Numbered from the stretch's first letter, positions 16,653 through 25,571 are shown. The stretch is DNA of 34,402 nucleotides from Candidatus Thorarchaeota archaeon (GCA_048884785.1 JBHLQM010000035.1:1-34402); one strand, 5' to 3'. Program-made: numbers and translations. The notes: generated from the sequence alone by a model not told the origin.

Positions 16653-17714
16653 ATGGCCGAAGATGCGGATAGGTCAGAGTCGATAGAGCAGGATGAAGAA
16701 CAGTCCACCACATCGAATGAAACCGAAATGGCAGAGGATCTTCCAGAAGAGGTAAAGGAGCCCAAAGAACGAAAGATAACAAACCCCTTGGGCTTAATTC
16801 TAAATATCCGCATGCTTAGAAGAGTCATTCAAATCATCTTCTTTCTAGGAATTAATGGATACATTTTTGCCGCACTTTGGGGTCAGGATGCAATCACACA
16901 ATTTTGGGTGGGTTTTAGAGATTTATTGCCCACACTACCAATTATAGCTCCTCTTGAAGCAAGCTTTGGTGTGATTGCAGGTTCGTTTGATGTAATGCAG
17001 AGAGAATTCACCAGTGGGATATTCCCATTCTTTACAATAGGCGCGATGGTTATCATACTTACAATCTTAGGTCGATCAGCTTGTGGATGGGTATGCCCAA
17101 TTGGAACGATACAGGATTTTGCCTCATTGCCTAATCGCACAAAGATGAGGCCCTCTCCAAATACTGAGAAGGAACTCAGAAGACTGAAGGCCTATATTCT
17201 AGTGCTTGTTATGTTCTTTACAGTCTGGGTTTCCATCAGCATGGTTTTGGGAACATCAGAAGCCCTCAAGAGGGCGATGAACATCTTCGCTGATGCGGCA
17301 TTTGATCCCTTCAATCCTGCATACATTCTGTTCGTAATCTTGCCATCACAAGAATGGCCATCCAGTATTCAAAACATCTGGGTCCTAGGAACATGGCAGA
17401 CCATTGTGTGGCTCCAATTAGCATTCATCGTTCTGCTAGTACTTGTTTCCTTCTGGTTTCCCAGATGGTTTTGCAGATGGATATGTCCCGCAGCTTGGTT
17501 CTATGGATTATTTTCAAGGGACGCACTATTAGGAATTGGCAGAAATCCAGCCAGATGCACTCCTGACGTCTGCAATAGGTGTGAAGTCGTTTGCCCAATG
17601 AATATCAGGATTAGACGATTTCCGTATCAGCATGTACATAGTGCAGATTGTATCATGTGTCTGGATTGCAAGAGTCACTGTCCTAATAATGCAATAGAGG
17701 TCCGATTCCTGTAG
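16653..17714 (+). CDS. Membrane-bound 4Fe-4S protein, NapH/MauN/FixG-like
   Basis: GRSACGWVCPIG and RWFCRWICP motifs, TM helices, two C-terminal ferredoxin motifs (C..VCNRCEVVCP; CIMCLDCKSHCP). Confidence 0.85.
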   Translation: MAEDADRSESIEQDEEQSTTSNETEMAEDLPEEVKEPKERKITNPLGLILNIRMLRRVIQIIFFLGINGYIFAALWGQDAITQFWVGFRDLLPTLPIIAPLEASFGVIAGSFDVMQREFTSGIFPFFTIGAMVIILTILGRSACGWVCPIGTIQDFASLPNRTKMRPSPNTEKELRRLKAYILVLVMFFTVWVSISMVLGTSEALKRAMNIFADAAFDPFNPAYILFVILPSQEWPSSIQNIWVLGTWQTIVWLQLAFIVLLVLVSFWFPRWFCRWICPAAWFYGLFSRDALLGIGRNPARCTPDVCNRCEVVCPMNIRIRRFPYQHVHSADCIMCLDCKSHCPNNAIEVRFL

Positions 17715-17716
17715 AC

Positions 17717-18067
17717 TTAGTCCATAGATTCGATGTAGCCTGAGAAACTGTCATTGACTTGTGAGTAGAGCTTCATCAGTGCTATACCATACTCAGTCAC
17801 TCTGGCACCACCGCCACCCTCTTTGCCCCCTTTATAGGACTCGATCAGCTTTATACCCAAGGTTCTCTCAATCTTTCTAATCACGCCCCATGCATATCGA
17901 TAAGACATCTTGAGACTCTTAGCCGCATTAGTTATTGACCCGGTCTCTTTGATTTCCGACAATAGCGCATATGCCCCAGGACCGAAAACATAGACTCCTT
18001 CATGCTCAAGCCATAGCTTGAAGTTGGGTTGGAGCTTGGGGATTTCTTTCGATTCCTTATTGGCCAT
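17717..18067 (-). CDS. ModE N-terminal-type HTH regulator (stand-alone)
   Basis: FGPG..ALL..I.ETGSI..AA..L.MSYRYAW...GGKEGGGA.VT; no Mop domains. Confidence 0.85.
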   Translation of the reverse strand: MANKESKEIPKLQPNFKLWLEHEGVYVFGPGAYALLSEIKETGSITNAAKSLKMSYRYAWGVIRKIERTLGIKLIESYKGGKEGGGGARVTEYGIALMKLYSQVNDSFSGYIESMD

Positions 18068-18126
18068 CTCTATCTGCCACCTACAATGGGGGAAGTGAAG
18101 CTAGATATCAATGCGTACCGAGATGA

Positions 18127-18357
18127 TTAATGACCCCAGCGCATTCTCTCAGGCTTGGTGTCTTTCTTGTAGACTTTCTTTACTTTCTTATAATGGTCCT
18201 GACAAAGGTACGTTTTTCGCTTCCTTGCATCCTTCACTTTTAGCCCAGCCTCAGTCAGACTGGAGCCAATTCTTGAAGCCGCAAATGATTTCTTCGGAGG
18301 TTTGTCGCAGCCAACAATACTGCATGTTTTTTCACTTGAGCTATTCAACGTCGACAC
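18127..18357 (-). CDS. Small basic zinc-finger protein
   Basis: CSIVGC...YLCQDHY (C3H), Lys/Arg-rich; resembles a small conserved archaeal hypothetical family. Confidence 0.7.
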   Translation of the reverse strand: MSTLNSSSEKTCSIVGCDKPPKKSFAASRIGSSLTEAGLKVKDARKRKTYLCQDHYKKVKKVYKKDTKPERMRWGH

Positions 18358-18413
18358 TTCATTATTAGCTAAAACTGTACTTCACTTAACTATAACGGCT
18401 CACAATATTGGCG

Positions 18414-19409
18414 TTAGGTACCATGGGGTGTTAATACCGGACCTTCGGAGAAATCGAAAAGTACGAGTTCTTCATCTCCCAAGCGAATGCGCAGAGAGTC
18501 AGTTGAATCAACAATTCCTATTACCTCGGCCCTCATATGGTGACGCTCCACAATTGAGAAGACCCTCTCCAAATTCTCCGGAGGTGTTGATACCAAGAAT
18601 CCCATGGAGACAAACATCCGAATCCAATCATCAAAGATTATGGAGTCTGGACGTGTTTTCTCCACAGCATCCAGATCAATAACGCCACCTTTTCCGGAAT
18701 ACTCAACAAGCATACCTGCCGTACCGATTAGGCCTGCAACAGAAACGTCCTTGGATGCATTGAGGACTCTCTCCATAGCCAAACTGTTCATAACGGATAG
18801 GCGAGAGACCACTTCATCAGATGTTCTTTCCGTTACACAGTCCCATCCAAGCCTATAGCTCTCGCCGCGCTTTCCAGTTGAACAGAAGATAAGAACCAAG
18901 CTATCACCTTCCAATGCACCGCCTGCAGTTAGCATGTCTGCTCTCTTTACAGTCCCTGTGGATGACCCAACTACATAGGTGGATGAAGCAGTAGGATTGG
19001 TATGACCTCTTATTATTGGCACTCTGAATTTCCGAGAACCTTCAATCAAACCATTAAGCAATTCCTCTCCGATATTCGGCTCAGAGTATGACAACGCGGC
19101 GGCAAATGATGTCGGAGTGCCCCCAGCAGCGTATATATCCATGACATTTGCCAAAACAACATTGAAACCTGCTGCATGCGGATGATTGAGACAGAGCTCT
19201 TCAACTATGGAATCAGTGGTTAGAAGAATCATCTCATCAGAATTCGTTCCAATGGCAGCCGAATCTTCACCCAGCGAATGAGGAGTGTTGCCATTGAATG
19301 ACTCTTCGCGAAGTCTTCTAATAATGCTTGGAAGTACAAATTTCCGAGAAATACCTTCAAACTCAATTAGCAGCTTTTTAATTTCCTCAATCCGTCTCAA
19401 GAGAATCAC
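18414..19409 (-). CDS. AIR synthase-related (PurM/SelD/ThiL superfamily) protein, methanogenesis-marker-2/sll0787-like
   Basis: GEDSAAI, AG...VLANV.DIYA.GG.P, GHT, KDVS.AGLIGT..ML.E.SG. Confidence 0.8.
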   Translation of the reverse strand: MILLRRIEEIKKLLIEFEGISRKFVLPSIIRRLREESFNGNTPHSLGEDSAAIGTNSDEMILLTTDSIVEELCLNHPHAAGFNVVLANVMDIYAAGGTPTSFAAALSYSEPNIGEELLNGLIEGSRKFRVPIIRGHTNPTASSTYVVGSSTGTVKRADMLTAGGALEGDSLVLIFCSTGKRGESYRLGWDCVTERTSDEVVSRLSVMNSLAMERVLNASKDVSVAGLIGTAGMLVEYSGKGGVIDLDAVEKTRPDSIIFDDWIRMFVSMGFLVSTPPENLERVFSIVERHHMRAEVIGIVDSTDSLRIRLGDEELVLFDFSEGPVLTPHGT

Positions 19410-19430
19410 TCATCTGAGAGTGCGAATGAA

Positions 19431-19556
19431 TCACGGGCCGGTTAAGAAATCAATTGCGAACGCGGCCTGCCCTAGAAGGAGGCCAATCGCAAGCATTGAC
19501 ATTGCAACCATAAAGTAGATGAGTGCCCTCATCTCTGGTCTGACTTCTTCGAACAC
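19431..19556 (-). CDS. Putative 41-aa single-TM microprotein
   Basis: GTG start behind SD AGGTGA; MFEEVRPEMRALIYFMVAMSMLAIGLLLGQAAFAIDFLTGP*; fills the intergenic gap; below the ORF-track length cut-off. Confidence 0.55.
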   Translation of the reverse strand: MFEEVRPEMRALIYFMVAMSMLAIGLLLGQAAFAIDFLTGP

Positions 19557-19626
19557 CTTAGTCACCTTCGGTTAATTGCGAACAAAGTTGTGTTGCTTAT
19601 AGAGCTTGTGGGATGGATATAATATC

Positions 19627-19938
19627 TTAGGAATTCAGTTTTCCTCTGAGCTTCTTTTGATATTTCTCGGGGATTTGGGAGGGGTCGATGAAAGGCTCAT
19701 CCCTTTCCATCTCGGGAACAGGCTGGGGTTTAAGGCGGCCTTTACATTTGCCACCGTCAGCCATCCTTCGAGATTCACATCTGCTATATTGACACCAAGC
19801 CCCATCACAGACGTCTTCAAAAGAAGTACACCAACCCTCTTTCTTTCCACTTCGTTGTCGTATTCTCAAAGCACCACGATTCATGTTACACCTGAATGAC
19901 TCGCAGAATGGTGTGCAATCCGGGATTCCCTTTTCCAC
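19627..19938 (-). CDS. Cys-rich small hypothetical (metal-binding) protein
   Basis: CTPFCESFRC...WCTSFEDVCDGAWCQYSRC...GKC (8 Cys); SD GGAG before GTG. Confidence 0.7.
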   Translation of the reverse strand: MEKGIPDCTPFCESFRCNMNRGALRIRQRSGKKEGWCTSFEDVCDGAWCQYSRCESRRMADGGKCKGRLKPQPVPEMERDEPFIDPSQIPEKYQKKLRGKLNS

Positions 19939-19973
19939 CAGATCATCTCCTTTCTACCAGTATGATTACTTAG

Positions 19974-20801
19974 TCAAGTTTTTACTTTCTCACCCATTTT
20001 TATTATGACTTCCAGTGAATCCTTGCCGCCTTCAATTATTCCAATTGAATTAGTGACTTCCTTCAATTTTGCGTCGTAGGCGGTTTGGGAGATGTCGCCA
20101 ATCTTTAGCTTAGCATCAAGACGGCTTTTCTCCTTGCGAAGATTCTTAATTTCTGCATTCATAGCTTTAAGCCATTGCTTCGACAATCTTAGAGAACTCT
20201 TGACATCTTTCCTGAAGGATTTTATCCGAAGCAGTATCTTATTCTTCTCTTCTTCGTAGACCGATTCTTCAATCTTCTTTTCTACTTCCTCAAGCTTCTT
20301 GAGCTTCTGAGTTTGTTTCTCGAGACTCGTAATTGCTCTTTTCAGGGGGATTTCTCCTTGAACTCCCCTTAGCTCACTTCGACGCACCTTAGTCTGTTCG
20401 AATTGTTTTCGAAGATTCTCAGCGCGGGCCACAAGCATATCTTTGTCTGCATGCTTTAGGTCAAGGGCTTGACGAGTCGAACTGATTTCTTGAATCAACC
20501 GGTCGAGTTCCAAGTCTAGTGTTCTAAGTTCTGAGGCTGCAAAAAGTATTGCCATTGATTCCTGGTCCATTCCCCTAATTATGAAATGAAAATCAGGAAG
20601 AATAACATTCGGCGATGGTTTCTCTGCATCTTCCTCAATATCAACAAGATCTTCGAGAGCAGAATCTAATGCTATATCACCCTCATCCTTCCCTGCGTCA
20701 GCAGTGATGTCTTCGTGCAATGGTTTGCCACAAAGTTTGCAGAACCGACCCTCTGGCACTTCAAGCCCACAGGACGGACATGCGACAAGGTCGTCGGACA
20801 A
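19974..20801 (-). CDS. Zinc-ribbon plus long coiled-coil protein with CdvA-like C-terminus
   Basis: CPSCG...FCKLCG, acidic linker, coiled coils with KKIEESVYEE and KIGDISQTAY; TTG start behind GGAGAGG (alternative ATG 20846). Confidence 0.6.
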   Translation of the reverse strand: MSDDLVACPSCGLEVPEGRFCKLCGKPLHEDITADAGKDEGDIALDSALEDLVDIEEDAEKPSPNVILPDFHFIIRGMDQESMAILFAASELRTLDLELDRLIQEISSTRQALDLKHADKDMLVARAENLRKQFEQTKVRRSELRGVQGEIPLKRAITSLEKQTQKLKKLEEVEKKIEESVYEEEKNKILLRIKSFRKDVKSSLRLSKQWLKAMNAEIKNLRKEKSRLDAKLKIGDISQTAYDAKLKEVTNSIGIIEGGKDSLEVIIKMGEKVKT

Positions 20802-20860
20802 AGAATCCCTCTCCAAATATCCAGAGTATTGACGGCATCGCACCATTCATTGTTAGAACA

Positions 20861-21181
20861 CTATTTCAATGATGCAAGTCTGCTGGCAACCTGATCGAGC
20901 TTATCCTTTGATGTAACAATGGACTCGGCTCCGTATGTCGGCAAGACTTTCAACTCCTCAACTAGAAGGGCAATTGCCTTGACCGCGTCTATCTCCTTAC
21001 GATCAAGTGAGCCATCAGGAAATGTAAGTGAAGCCTCCAACCATTTTGCTTTGGTATCATCTGCAGGAAATAGACAGTAAATATAATCATCATTACTACA
21101 GATGAAAGAAGGCGTGTTCTCCCAGGCTTTAGCTAGTAATGCACCAAAGGTCTTCGCGTTTTCAGCCTTATTAGCCATCAA
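20861..21181 (-). CDS. Hypothetical protein
   Basis: 106-aa ORF with SD GGTGA and a TATA-like element upstream; co-oriented with the downstream genes. Confidence 0.7.
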   Translation of the reverse strand: MMANKAENAKTFGALLAKAWENTPSFICSNDDYIYCLFPADDTKAKWLEASLTFPDGSLDRKEIDAVKAIALLVEELKVLPTYGAESIVTSKDKLDQVASRLASLK

Positions 21182-21279
21182 GTATCACCATTGTCGGCTA
21201 GATGAGATAATGGGCAATCTGCATCCCAGCCTTAAGACCTTTTCTCAGTTAAAGCCTTAGAAACTTTCGATAGTACGAA

Positions 21280-21843
21280 TCAAGGCTTGTGCCATACAAA
21301 AGAATAGTAGACTATTTCCCCGGTGTCACGTACAGTGGCAATTATGAATTTCTTTTTTACACTCGTGGCTAGTCGACCTGCACGGACTATATCTAGCGGG
21401 TCCACTCCTTTTCTCTGTGGAATTATATGAATCAATAAGGGTGCATGGTCTTTGCCTGGACCTCGTTCATAGACTGCAAAGTCTGTTCCGAATTTCAATC
21501 CCGGGCGAACAATATAGCCTTTCTCTCGGAGATGCTTATACACCATGAATCGTTCATAGAAATCCTCCGAGATCTCTTTTCCTCTTTCAATAATGTCTTC
21601 CTTTGTTAGAGGTTTTGACTTCTTTGCATCGACGACCACCAATAGCCCTACATGAATCAGATAGGCACATTCTGTCAATGACAACTCCAACGGTTTCTCA
21701 AAATCGGGACTCTTTGGTTTTCTAATTCCAACAGGTTGTCCAAAATAGCCATTTGCGTAGAGCGCACTCCCTTCTGCGGAATTCCAGACTATCGCCCTGT
21801 CAATGAGTAGTTCAGCATGAGCAGGTTCCATTCTGGTTGACAA
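21280..21843 (-). CDS. endA: tRNA-splicing endonuclease, catalytic subunit
   Basis: LSL.E..YL, VY..LR.KGY.VR.GLKFGTDFAVY..GP..DHA, R.GRLATSVKK (Tyr/His/Lys catalytic triad). Confidence 0.93.
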   Translation of the reverse strand: MSTRMEPAHAELLIDRAIVWNSAEGSALYANGYFGQPVGIRKPKSPDFEKPLELSLTECAYLIHVGLLVVVDAKKSKPLTKEDIIERGKEISEDFYERFMVYKHLREKGYIVRPGLKFGTDFAVYERGPGKDHAPLLIHIIPQRKGVDPLDIVRAGRLATSVKKKFIIATVRDTGEIVYYSFVWHKP

Positions 21844-21858
21844 CTCTGGTGCACCTTA

Positions 21859-22521
21859 TTATGTGTTCAGTGTCAAGGATAAGCTGCGAATTGTAATAGC
21901 GGCATCCTCACTGAAGTTGGCCATATCTTCCATCATGTTGAGAAAATCCCTGAATCTAAGCAATGTCGCAATATCGGTCTCAGCAGGGTACAGGAGAGAA
22001 AAGATATCTCTCATTAGAACGTCAATCCTTTTCTCAATCCTACAGATTTCGTCGGCCTTCTTCATCGAGGTTTCCATATTTATTGAGAGAAATCTAACAG
22101 CCTCTCTTTGTTCAGTAATTATTTCCATGAATGCAGGTCCTACTTCTTTTAGCTTGTTTTTCAAATCGCCTGTCGATGTCCAGGATTCAATACTTGTAGC
22201 TAGATGATACGCTGCAATTTCCGAGCCATCGACGAGCTTGTCATTGTAGTGAACCAATCGCACTAGGTCTTCGCGCTGCATCAGAGTGTGTGCTTTGGCA
22301 AGTTCAGCTAGGATATGTCGCTTTAGTTCGTCGCCTTTCTCTTCAAGTTGTGTAATCTTCTTGAGCTCTTCAGCATCCATCTTCTTGTTTGACTCGAGCC
22401 ACTCAGATAATCCATTTACAACTATTCTAGTCGCAGACATAGCGATTCGAAAGTGTTCCTCTAACATTTGAGTGATGTTGCCAAGCTCGGATGCTAGGAA
22501 ACGACCATTATCCAAGACCAT
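21859..22521 (-). CDS. DUF47 / PhoU-like phosphate transport regulator
   Basis: Two E..[GI]D helical repeats (LEEKGDELKR, IEKRID), REDL, EDMAN.SEDAA. Confidence 0.85.
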   Translation of the reverse strand: MVLDNGRFLASELGNITQMLEEHFRIAMSATRIVVNGLSEWLESNKKMDAEELKKITQLEEKGDELKRHILAELAKAHTLMQREDLVRLVHYNDKLVDGSEIAAYHLATSIESWTSTGDLKNKLKEVGPAFMEIITEQREAVRFLSINMETSMKKADEICRIEKRIDVLMRDIFSLLYPAETDIATLLRFRDFLNMMEDMANFSEDAAITIRSLSLTLNT

Positions 22522-22597
22522 TTCTTTCCCTCTCAACAATCCGATGTCGTTTGTGGAGTAGATTTAAGTCTATGGTACCACGCTCCGAGGTGGAGGA

Positions 22598-23395
22598 ATG
22601 ACCATGGAACCATGGCAAATCATTGTTGCTTTGATACAGGGACTTGTGGAGTGGCTACCGATTAGTAGTGAAGGACAAGCGATCCTATTCGTTTACAATT
22701 TCTCCTCAGTTACTCCAGAGGACCTGATAACATTGGTTGTTTGGTTGCATTTAGGTACCGCACTTGCAGTAGTCGCGAGATATCCTCGTACCATAGTTGA
22801 TGTTTTGTCACTGCGTGATAGAAAACTATTCAGATTACTCTTGATAGCAACAGTATGTACAGCGATCACTGCAATACCACTCTATTATGTACTCAAGAGC
22901 AGTCTGGTCATCCTTGAGAGCGCCGAGATACTCAACATAATTGTCGGAGTGCTTCTGCTGATAACTGCAGTGATATTGTACTTACCCACACGCAGTTCAC
23001 AAGAAGATATCAAGACCGTTGATATTTCAGAGAAAATCGCGGTACTCTCCGGACTCGTCCAAGGGTTTTCTGTGCTCCCTGGTCTAAGTAGGTCAGGTTT
23101 GACTGTATCTGCATTGCTCATGCAGCGAGTGAATAAAGAAACGGCACTTCGGTTTAGCTTTTTGATGAGTGTTCCTGCGGTTGTGGGGATTTTTGCAGTT
23201 GAAATACTATCCAATGATGCGGCATTGCTATCTGTCAATCCTCTTGATGTTCTCCTGATGGGAATAATTGTTTTCATCACAGGATTGCTTTCGATGGAGT
23301 TTCTTCTTCGGATAGCAAGAAAGGTTAGCTTTTGGAAGCTATGTTTACTGCTTGCCTTAGTTGCAATTCTGTTTGGTATTCCTTCGCTACTGTGA
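22598..23395 (+). CDS. uppP: Undecaprenyl/polyprenyl-diphosphate phosphatase (UppP/BacA family)
   Basis: QGLVEWLPISSEG, HLGT, PGLSRSG.T, FSFLMSVPA. Confidence 0.92.
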   Translation: MTMEPWQIIVALIQGLVEWLPISSEGQAILFVYNFSSVTPEDLITLVVWLHLGTALAVVARYPRTIVDVLSLRDRKLFRLLLIATVCTAITAIPLYYVLKSSLVILESAEILNIIVGVLLLITAVILYLPTRSSQEDIKTVDISEKIAVLSGLVQGFSVLPGLSRSGLTVSALLMQRVNKETALRFSFLMSVPAVVGIFAVEILSNDAALLSVNPLDVLLMGIIVFITGLLSMEFLLRIARKVSFWKLCLLLALVAILFGIPSLL

Positions 23396-24109
23396 CCGCT
23401 TCTGGAATAGGATGGCGATAGGGGCATTGGCATCTCGCCATTCCTTAAGCTTACCCTCGTAATCAAGCGGAATAGGATGTCTTCCATGATTTCCAATTAT
23501 GATAAACAATGTATCCTCTCTTGCCTGTCTTAATAGAACTTTTATCCAATTGTCAGTGCGTCTGACAATTTTTTCAAGCAGTGTCTTAGGAGGTGTCCTG
23601 TGACCATATTGTGCATATAGACTCTCAAAATCCAAAAAATGTAGAAGCATCAGTTCACTACGAAATACATGTTTCGTTGATTCAATATACGTATTCATAT
23701 CATCGCGCGCATTCACCGTATATCCAGCTTTGAAGCCCAAAGCATCCATGTCATCTTCACGGCATATGACTCGGACAAATTTGCCAAAGTCTTTTACATA
23801 GTCAAAGAGATGAAATCCTCCAATTGATGACGCAGAAAGAATTCGCTTGGTTAGAGGAATGGCATACGGGTCGTCGGTTTCGATGAGGGCAACAGCCTCA
23901 AGATTTCTAATGAGGGCTTCGGGTTTATATACAACGGCTTCGAAAAGGCCAAAATTATCAAGAATGACCATGACCACTGCACGAGGGGTGAATTTGCCTA
24001 CTAGTTCTGCATTTGGCTCAGGGATTCCTATTGGAGGTTCAATGCCCAGTAGTTTCAGAATAGTGGCGGGCATCTCCATTGCAGAAGTTCGGATTTGTGG
24101 GAATGACAT
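23387..24109 (-). CDS. Alkaline-phosphatase-superfamily-like protein, short and degenerate
   Basis: PATIL..LG, VVMVILDNFG, LFIIIGNHG resemble the AlkP core strands; several metal ligands are altered. Confidence 0.5.
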   Translation of the reverse strand: MSFPQIRTSAMEMPATILKLLGIEPPIGIPEPNAELVGKFTPRAVVMVILDNFGLFEAVVYKPEALIRNLEAVALIETDDPYAIPLTKRILSASSIGGFHLFDYVKDFGKFVRVICREDDMDALGFKAGYTVNARDDMNTYIESTKHVFRSELMLLHFLDFESLYAQYGHRTPPKTLLEKIVRRTDNWIKVLLRQAREDTLFIIIGNHGRHPIPLDYEGKLKEWRDANAPIAILFQKRSQ

Positions 24110-24266
24110 GCAAGTAGCCTTCCATCAGTTCTTCATATTTAGGTTATCTATCTGCACACAGAATGACTAAACTCTCCTCCAGTCATATAACTCAAGCCTA
24201 CATGAAGGTTCTTAGTCTCAAGGAAGGATTAATAGACCATCGATATGCCCAGCTATTTGACACTTC

Positions 24267-25229
24267 ATGATGACCCTCAAAGAAATTATAGATAGTACGA
24301 CAATAAAATTCATACTGAGTGGAGGCAAGGGTGGTGTAGGAAAAACCAGTTGCGCTGGAGCTCTTGCCATTCTATCAGCACAAAGAGGTCTACGTACTCT
24401 TGTTCTATCAACAGACCCGGCACATAGCCTTAGTGATAGTTTTGAACAGGATCTCTCTGGCGGCGATCCAGTCTTGATTCAGGGATTTGATAATCTCTGG
24501 GGAATGGAGATAGATACAGAGAAAGGTATGAAAGAGTTCCAAAAGAACCTTGGCGAAGGTGCTGCAGGTCCAGATTTGCAAATGGCATCATCTCTTCTTG
24601 GCGATGTTAGTGGCATGGCACCACCTGGTTCTGATGAGGCGATGGCATTTGGAAAGATATTGGAATTCATAGAAGACTCCTCTTATGATAGAGTTATCTT
24701 TGATACCGCACCAACTGGTCATACACTGAAACTACTTGAATTGCCAGACTTGTTGGATAGTTGGCTGGGCAAAATTCTAACACTTCGCCAAAGATTGGGC
24801 TCCATGATGTCTGGGTTTCGTGCTATGCTTGGTGGCGCACAGGAAGAAGAAAATGCATGGCAAGTCCTGCAAAATACCAAGGAAAAGATTAGAGCAGCAA
24901 GGATTGAACTCTCTGACCCAGATACCACACAGTTTGTAGTGGTTACAATCGCAGAAGCCATGTCTGTATTTGAAACCCAGAGACTTTTGGGTAGTCTAAA
25001 TGCCTGGCACATACCGGCTACTAATATTATTATCAATCAGCTAATTCCTGAGAATCCTGATTGCAGATTCTGTTCCTCAAGAAGAAAGATGCAGCAGGAG
25101 AATATTGTGGACATTCGAGACCTCTTTAATGACCTTAACTTGACTGAGATTCCTTTATTCGACAAAGAAATTAGAGGAATACCCGGTCTTGCTGCTCTCG
25201 GTAATATTCTGATGGGAGAAGGAGCCTAG
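24267..25229 (+). CDS. ArsA/Get3 (TRC40) family ATPase, Get3-like
   Basis: GGKGGVGKT, STDPAHSLSD, PG.DE, FDTAPTGHTL, Met-rich insert (LGSMMSGFRAMLGG), C-terminal CRFC. Confidence 0.9.
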   Translation: MMTLKEIIDSTTIKFILSGGKGGVGKTSCAGALAILSAQRGLRTLVLSTDPAHSLSDSFEQDLSGGDPVLIQGFDNLWGMEIDTEKGMKEFQKNLGEGAAGPDLQMASSLLGDVSGMAPPGSDEAMAFGKILEFIEDSSYDRVIFDTAPTGHTLKLLELPDLLDSWLGKILTLRQRLGSMMSGFRAMLGGAQEEENAWQVLQNTKEKIRAARIELSDPDTTQFVVVTIAEAMSVFETQRLLGSLNAWHIPATNIIINQLIPENPDCRFCSSRRKMQQENIVDIRDLFNDLNLTEIPLFDKEIRGIPGLAALGNILMGEGA

Positions 25230-25232
25230 AAC

Positions 25233-25331
25233 ATGCGACGAATATGGCGACAGAGAATAATATCCCTTTTTTTCATAATATTATTCCTTGCATCATTGGC
25301 GGCAGCCGCTTATCTAATATCCAAGGGATAG
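25233..25331 (+). CDS. Putative 32-aa single-TM (tail-anchor-like) microprotein
   Basis: MRRIWRQRIISLFFIILFLASLAAAAYLISKG*; ATG 3 nt after the Get3-like stop with GGAG upstream; fills the gap to the convergent rpoP. Confidence 0.6.
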   Translation: MRRIWRQRIISLFFIILFLASLAAAAYLISKG

Positions 25332-25336
25332 AACCA

Positions 25337-25480
25337 TTAGACGCCCTTGACCCTCTTTACAACGGGGGGTCTAATCTTGTAGAGAATTCGACCTCCACAG
25401 AATGGGCATTTGACTCCTGGTAGTGTCTTAAGACCCTCTGGAGTTACTACGGTTTTGCAAGCATGACATACATAGACCAT
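25337..25480 (-). CDS. rpoP: DNA-directed RNA polymerase subunit P (Rpo12)
   Basis: MVYVCHAC...KCPFCGGRILYK.RPPVVKRVK; 47 aa from ATG 25480. Confidence 0.92.
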   Translation of the reverse strand: MVYVCHACKTVVTPEGLKTLPGVKCPFCGGRILYKIRPPVVKRVKGV

Positions 25481-25571
25481 GGAGGCTACCTCTTTGTTAT
25501 TGGGCGATTGAACAACTTCAACCGCGATGTAAGCCATAAGAAGTTTTTCTTTGAGCAGCTATCTTTGTTTC

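Noticed and set aside
19407-19556. The 41-aa TM ORF is in frame with the AIR-synthase-like gene via two TGA codons, suggesting a Sec-containing SelD N-terminus
   Set aside because: Neither TGA lies in a G-U-x-x-K context, the upstream part is a TM helix, and the downstream protein belongs to a non-SelD subfamily with a complete N-terminus.
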